DNA from: Candidatus Rokuibacteriota bacterium
GTDB lineage: Bacteria > Methylomirabilota > Methylomirabilia > Rokubacteriales > DASRDR01
Assembly: GCA_044866005.1 (NCBI GenBank)
Contig: JBIOTN010000067.1
Coordinates: 1 to 64,000 of the forward strand
DNA: 64,000 nt
Direction of reading: 5' to 3'
The notes below the pieces were generated by a model. It was not told the DNA's origin. It saw nothing but the letters and a program-made list of their open reading frames with translations, and did not search any database. Each line of letters opens with the position of its first letter. Positions within the stretch are counted from its first letter, which is position 1. The translations under genes and the position numbers were made by a program. This document shows, piece by piece, positions 60,446 to 64,000 of this stretch.

Positions 60446-61564
60446 ATGGCCGAGTCGGCGACGCCCAGTCTGAAGCGGACGCCCCTCTACGCCGCGCACG
60501 TGCGGCGGGGGGCGCGGCTGATCGGGTTCGGGGGCTGGGAGATGCCGGTGCAGTACACGGGGATCGTGGAGGAGCACCGAACCGTGCGCTCGGCCGTCGG
60601 CTGCTTCGACGTGAGCCACATGGGCGAGTTCGAGTTCCGCGGCCGTGACGCGACCCGCGCGCTCCAGCGGCTGACCACCAACGACGTCGCCGCGCTCGAG
60701 GTCGGCCAGGTCCAGTACTCGCTGCTCTGCTACGAGGACGGCGGGATCGTCGACGACCTCACCCTCTACCGGCTCGGCGACGACCACTACATGATGACCG
60801 TGAACGCCGCCAACATCGACAAGGACTGGGCGTGGGTCACGCAGCACCTGGACGGCCAGGTCGAGGCGAAGAACGCGAGCGCGGAGACCGGGCTCATCGC
60901 CGTGCAAGGGCCGCGGGCCGAGGCCCTCGTGGGCCGACTCGCGGACGTCGACGTGACAGGCATCGCCTACTACCGATGTGTGCGCGGGCGCGTGGCAGGC
61001 CGGCGCGCGCTGATCTCCCGGACGGGGTACACGGGGGAGGACGGCTTCGAGCTCTACCTGGCAGCGGGCGACACCGAGGCGGTGTGGGAGGCGCTCCTCG
61101 CCGAGGGCACGCGGGAGGGCGCCGCGCCGATCGGGCTCGGCGCGCGCGATACCCTGCGGCTGGAGATGAAGTACGCGCTCTACGGCAACGACATCGACCA
61201 GAGCACGAACCCCCTCGAGGCGGGGCTGGGGTGGGTGGTGAAGCCCGGCAAGGGGGAGTTCATCGGAAAGCCGGCCGTCGAGCGCGTCAAGGCCGAGGGC
61301 GCCAGGCGCCGGCTGATCGGCTTCGAGATGGTGGACCGGGCGGTGGCGCGCCACGGCTACCGGGTGCTCCACGGGGGCCGGGTCGTGGGCCAGGTGACGT
61401 CGGGCTCGTACGGCCCCTCCGTCGATCGGTACATCGGGATGGCCTACGTGGAGGCGCCGCTCGCCGGCGTCGGCTCCGAGATCGACGTGGACGTGCGGGA
61501 GCGACCCCAGCGGGCGCGGGTCGTCAAGACGCCCTTTCAGCCGCCGCGGGTGAAAAAGTCCTAG
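60446..61564 (+). CDS. gcvT: Glycine cleavage system aminomethyltransferase
   Basis: FGGWEMPVQY, FDVSHMG, RTGYTGEDGFE, GARDTLRLE. Confidence 0.96.
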   Translation: MAESATPSLKRTPLYAAHVRRGARLIGFGGWEMPVQYTGIVEEHRTVRSAVGCFDVSHMGEFEFRGRDATRALQRLTTNDVAALEVGQVQYSLLCYEDGGIVDDLTLYRLGDDHYMMTVNAANIDKDWAWVTQHLDGQVEAKNASAETGLIAVQGPRAEALVGRLADVDVTGIAYYRCVRGRVAGRRALISRTGYTGEDGFELYLAAGDTEAVWEALLAEGTREGAAPIGLGARDTLRLEMKYALYGNDIDQSTNPLEAGLGWVVKPGKGEFIGKPAVERVKAEGARRRLIGFEMVDRAVARHGYRVLHGGRVVGQVTSGSYGPSVDRYIGMAYVEAPLAGVGSEIDVDVRERPQRARVVKTPFQPPRVKKS

Positions 61565-61575
61565 GGGCTGCGAGG

Positions 61576-61634
61576 GAGGCGCTCTCGAGCGCGGCGGAAT
61601 TCGAGGCGTATCTGAAGACGACGGAGGCGACTGA
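61576..61634 (+). pseudogene. Possible C-terminal remnant of the glycine cleavage H protein
   Basis: EALSSAAEFEAYLK lies where gcvH normally sits; no lipoyl domain present. Confidence 0.5.
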
Positions 61635-61653
61635 CGTGCAGCCCGTGGGACCG

Positions 61654-62997
61654 ATGCGGTACCTGCCGACGACCCCGGCGCAGCGGGCGGCGATGCTCGA
61701 GACGATCGGGGTGGGGGAGCTGGAGGCGCTGCTCACAGGGATTCCGGCGAAGGCGCGGCTGGACCGGGGGCTCGAGCTGCCGTCGGCGTTGGCGGAGGCC
61801 GAGCTGGTGGCGGCGCTCCGATCGCTCGCGGCCGAGAACGCCCACGCGGCCGACTACGTCTCGTTTCTCGGCGCCGGGGCCTACGACCGCTACATCCCGA
61901 GCGTGATCAATCATCTCCTCCTGCGCGCGGAGTTCTTCACGGCGTATACCCCGTATCAGCCGGAGGCGAGCCAGGGGACGCTGCGGACGATCTACGAGTA
62001 CCAGACGATGCTGTGCGAGCTGACGGGGATGGACGTCGCGAACGCCTCGCTCTACGACGGGGGCTCGGCGCTGGCGGAGGCGGCCCTGATGGCGCATGGG
62101 GTGACGGACCGGGAGGAGGTCGTCATCTCGGGGGCGGTGTCGCCGCTGGGGCGGCGGGTCGTCGCGACGTACTGCGCGGGGCCCCGGCTGCCGCTCAAGG
62201 CGGTGCCGTGGGTGGACGGGGTGACGGATCTCGAGGCCCTCCGGAAGGCCGTCACCGACAAGACGGCGGCGGTCATGGTCCAGTACCCGAACTTCTTCGG
62301 CTGCCTGGAGGACCTCGAGGCGGTGGCGGCGATCGCGCACGGGCGGGGGGCGCTGCTGGTGGTGTCCGTGGACCCGGTCGCGCTCGGACTCCTGCGGCCG
62401 CCCGGGGAGGCGGGGGCGGACATCGTGGTGGGCGAGGGGCAGGGGCTCGGGAACCCGCTGAATGGGGGGGGGCCGTACCTGGGCCTGTTCGCGTGCCGGC
62501 AGGCCCTGGTGCGTCGGATGCCGGGGCGGCTGGTGGGGGCGACCCTCGACACCAAGGGCCGCCGCGGGTTTGTCCTCACCCTGCAGACGCGGGAGCAGCA
62601 CATTCGGCGGGAGAAGGCGACCTCGAACATCTGCACGAACGTGGCACTGGTAGCGCTGGGGGCGACGATGTACCTGGCGCTGATGGGGCCGGAGGGGTTG
62701 CGGCGAGTGGCGAGCCTGTCCACCGCGAAGGCCCACTACGCAGCGGAGGTGCTCGGCCGGGTCCCCGGGGTCAGCCGCCGCTTCGCGGCGCCGTTTTTCC
62801 ACGAGTTCGTCCTCCGGCTGCCGAAGTCACCGGAGCGCGTCCTCCGGGCGCTGCGGAAGCGCCGGATCCTGGGCGGCGTCGCGCTGGGCGGGTTCGACCG
62901 CGCTCTCAAGGACTGCGTCATGGTGGCGGTGACAGAGCGGCGGACGCGGGCGGAGATCGACGGCTACGCCGCGGCGCTGGCGGCGGTGGTGGCATGA
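61654..62997 (+). CDS. gcvPA: Glycine dehydrogenase subunit 1
   Basis: MRYLP, YTPYQPEASQG, NASLYDG, REQHIRREKATSNICT. Confidence 0.96.
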   Translation: MRYLPTTPAQRAAMLETIGVGELEALLTGIPAKARLDRGLELPSALAEAELVAALRSLAAENAHAADYVSFLGAGAYDRYIPSVINHLLLRAEFFTAYTPYQPEASQGTLRTIYEYQTMLCELTGMDVANASLYDGGSALAEAALMAHGVTDREEVVISGAVSPLGRRVVATYCAGPRLPLKAVPWVDGVTDLEALRKAVTDKTAAVMVQYPNFFGCLEDLEAVAAIAHGRGALLVVSVDPVALGLLRPPGEAGADIVVGEGQGLGNPLNGGGPYLGLFACRQALVRRMPGRLVGATLDTKGRRGFVLTLQTREQHIRREKATSNICTNVALVALGATMYLALMGPEGLRRVASLSTAKAHYAAEVLGRVPGVSRRFAAPFFHEFVLRLPKSPERVLRALRKRRILGGVALGGFDRALKDCVMVAVTERRTRAEIDGYAAALAAVVA

Positions 62998-63007
62998 GAG
63001 GCCGGGC

Positions 63008-64000
63008 ATGCACGACTACGACCAGCTGATCTTCGAGCTATCCGTACCGGGGCGGGTGGGCTATTCGCTGGCGGAGCCGGACGTCCCCGAGGCGGACCCC
63101 GGGCGACTCTTGCCGGCGCCGCACCTGCGGCGGCGGCCCCCGGCGCTGCCGGAGGTCAGCGAGTTCGACGTGGTGCGCCACTACACGCGCCTCTCCCGGA
63201 TGAACTACGCGGTGGACACGCACTTCTATCCGCTTGGCTCGTGCACGATGAAGTACAACCCCAAGATCAACGAGGACATGGCGCGGCTGCCGGGCTTTGC
63301 CCACCTCCACCCCCTGACGCCGGACGAGGCGATGCCCGGGCTGCTGAAGCTGATGGTCCGGCTCGGGGAGGCGCTCGCCGAGATCGTGGGGATGGACGCG
63401 GTCTCGCTCCAGCCCGCGGCGGGGGCACAGGGGGAGCTGGCAGGGATCCTGATGATCCGGGCGTACCACCTCGACCGGGAGGGGCGGGCACGCACGAAGG
63501 TGCTGGTGCCCGATTCGGCCCACGGGACGAACCCGGCGTCGACGACGATCGCGGGGTACCAGACGATCCAGCTGAAGTCGGACGCGCAGGGGGAGGTGGA
63601 CCTGCTCGACCTCGAGCGCCACCTCGACGAGGACGTCGCGGCCTTCATGATCACGGTGCCGAACACGCTGGGGCTCTTCGAGTCGAAGATTCTCGAGATC
63701 ACGGAGATGTGCCACGCCAAAGGGGTGCAGGTGTACATGGACGGGGCGAACCTGAACGCCCTGCTGGGGCTCACCCGGCCGGGCGACCTGGGGTTCGACG
63801 TGGTGCACATGAACCTGCACAAGACCTTCACGACGCCACACGGGGGCGGGGGCCCGGGGGCGGGGCCGGTGGCGGTGAAGGCGCACCTGGCGCCCTTCCT
63901 GCCGGTGCCCCTGCCCGTGCGGGAGGCTGACCGGTATCGCCTGGACTGGAAGCGGCCCAAGTCGATCGGGAAGCTGCAGGCGTTCTGGGGGAACGTCGGG
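63008..64000 (+). CDS. gcvPB: Glycine dehydrogenase subunit 2 (partial, runs off the window)
   Basis: LIFELS, YPLGSCTMKYNP, SAHGTNPAS, NLHKTFTTPHGGGGPG. Confidence 0.95.
   Translation, partial: MHDYDQLIFELSVPGRVGYSLAEPDVPEADPGRLLPAPHLRRRPPALPEVSEFDVVRHYTRLSRMNYAVDTHFYPLGSCTMKYNPKINEDMARLPGFAHLHPLTPDEAMPGLLKLMVRLGEALAEIVGMDAVSLQPAAGAQGELAGILMIRAYHLDREGRARTKVLVPDSAHGTNPASTTIAGYQTIQLKSDAQGEVDLLDLERHLDEDVAAFMITVPNTLGLFESKILEITEMCHAKGVQVYMDGANLNALLGLTRPGDLGFDVVHMNLHKTFTTPHGGGGPGAGPVAVKAHLAPFLPVPLPVREADRYRLDWKRPKSIGKLQAFWGNVG

Overview
GC-rich bacterial DNA read with the standard code; TGA is also the ordinary stop of many genes here. Gene content and style would fit Candidatus Rokubacteria/Methylomirabilota, but that is only a guess. 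Positions 1-30 kb and 57-64 kb are mostly housekeeping or metabolic genes: FAH hydrolase, aroK, a YitJ-type methyltransferase, msrPQ, a class III cyclase, pdxST, an acyl-CoA ligase, a CopA ATPase, malic enzyme, SOD and gcvT-PA-PB. From about 30 to 57 kb lies an accessory heavy-metal/copper and thiol-redox island. It holds a PemK/MazF TA pair between 72-bp direct repeats, two MerR regulators with dyad promoters, an atypical YPC-motif P1B ATPase, a MacB-like ABC system, CcdA/TlpA/SCO/VKOR proteins, a multicopper oxidase and several small Cys- or Met-rich proteins. The main result is that six genes the ORF track splits or misses are intact genes with one in-frame TGA. They are an OsmC-like protein (AG-U), a MerP-like HMA protein (CQAU), a thioredoxin-like protein (UGKC), a BNR beta-propeller (CFU), a TlpA-like protein (UPNC) and a DUF411/CopG-like protein (URCC). 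In five the TGA falls at a position that is Cys in the family; in the beta-propeller this is inferred. Each TGA is followed 17-22 nt later by the GG-containing loop of a hairpin resembling a bacterial SECIS. Five of the six lie within 12.8 kb of the metal island, suggesting a selenocysteine-based metal-handling module. Also seen: a RAPP-type arrest-peptide leader, two families of structured intergenic repeats with compensatory changes, and several deletion scars.
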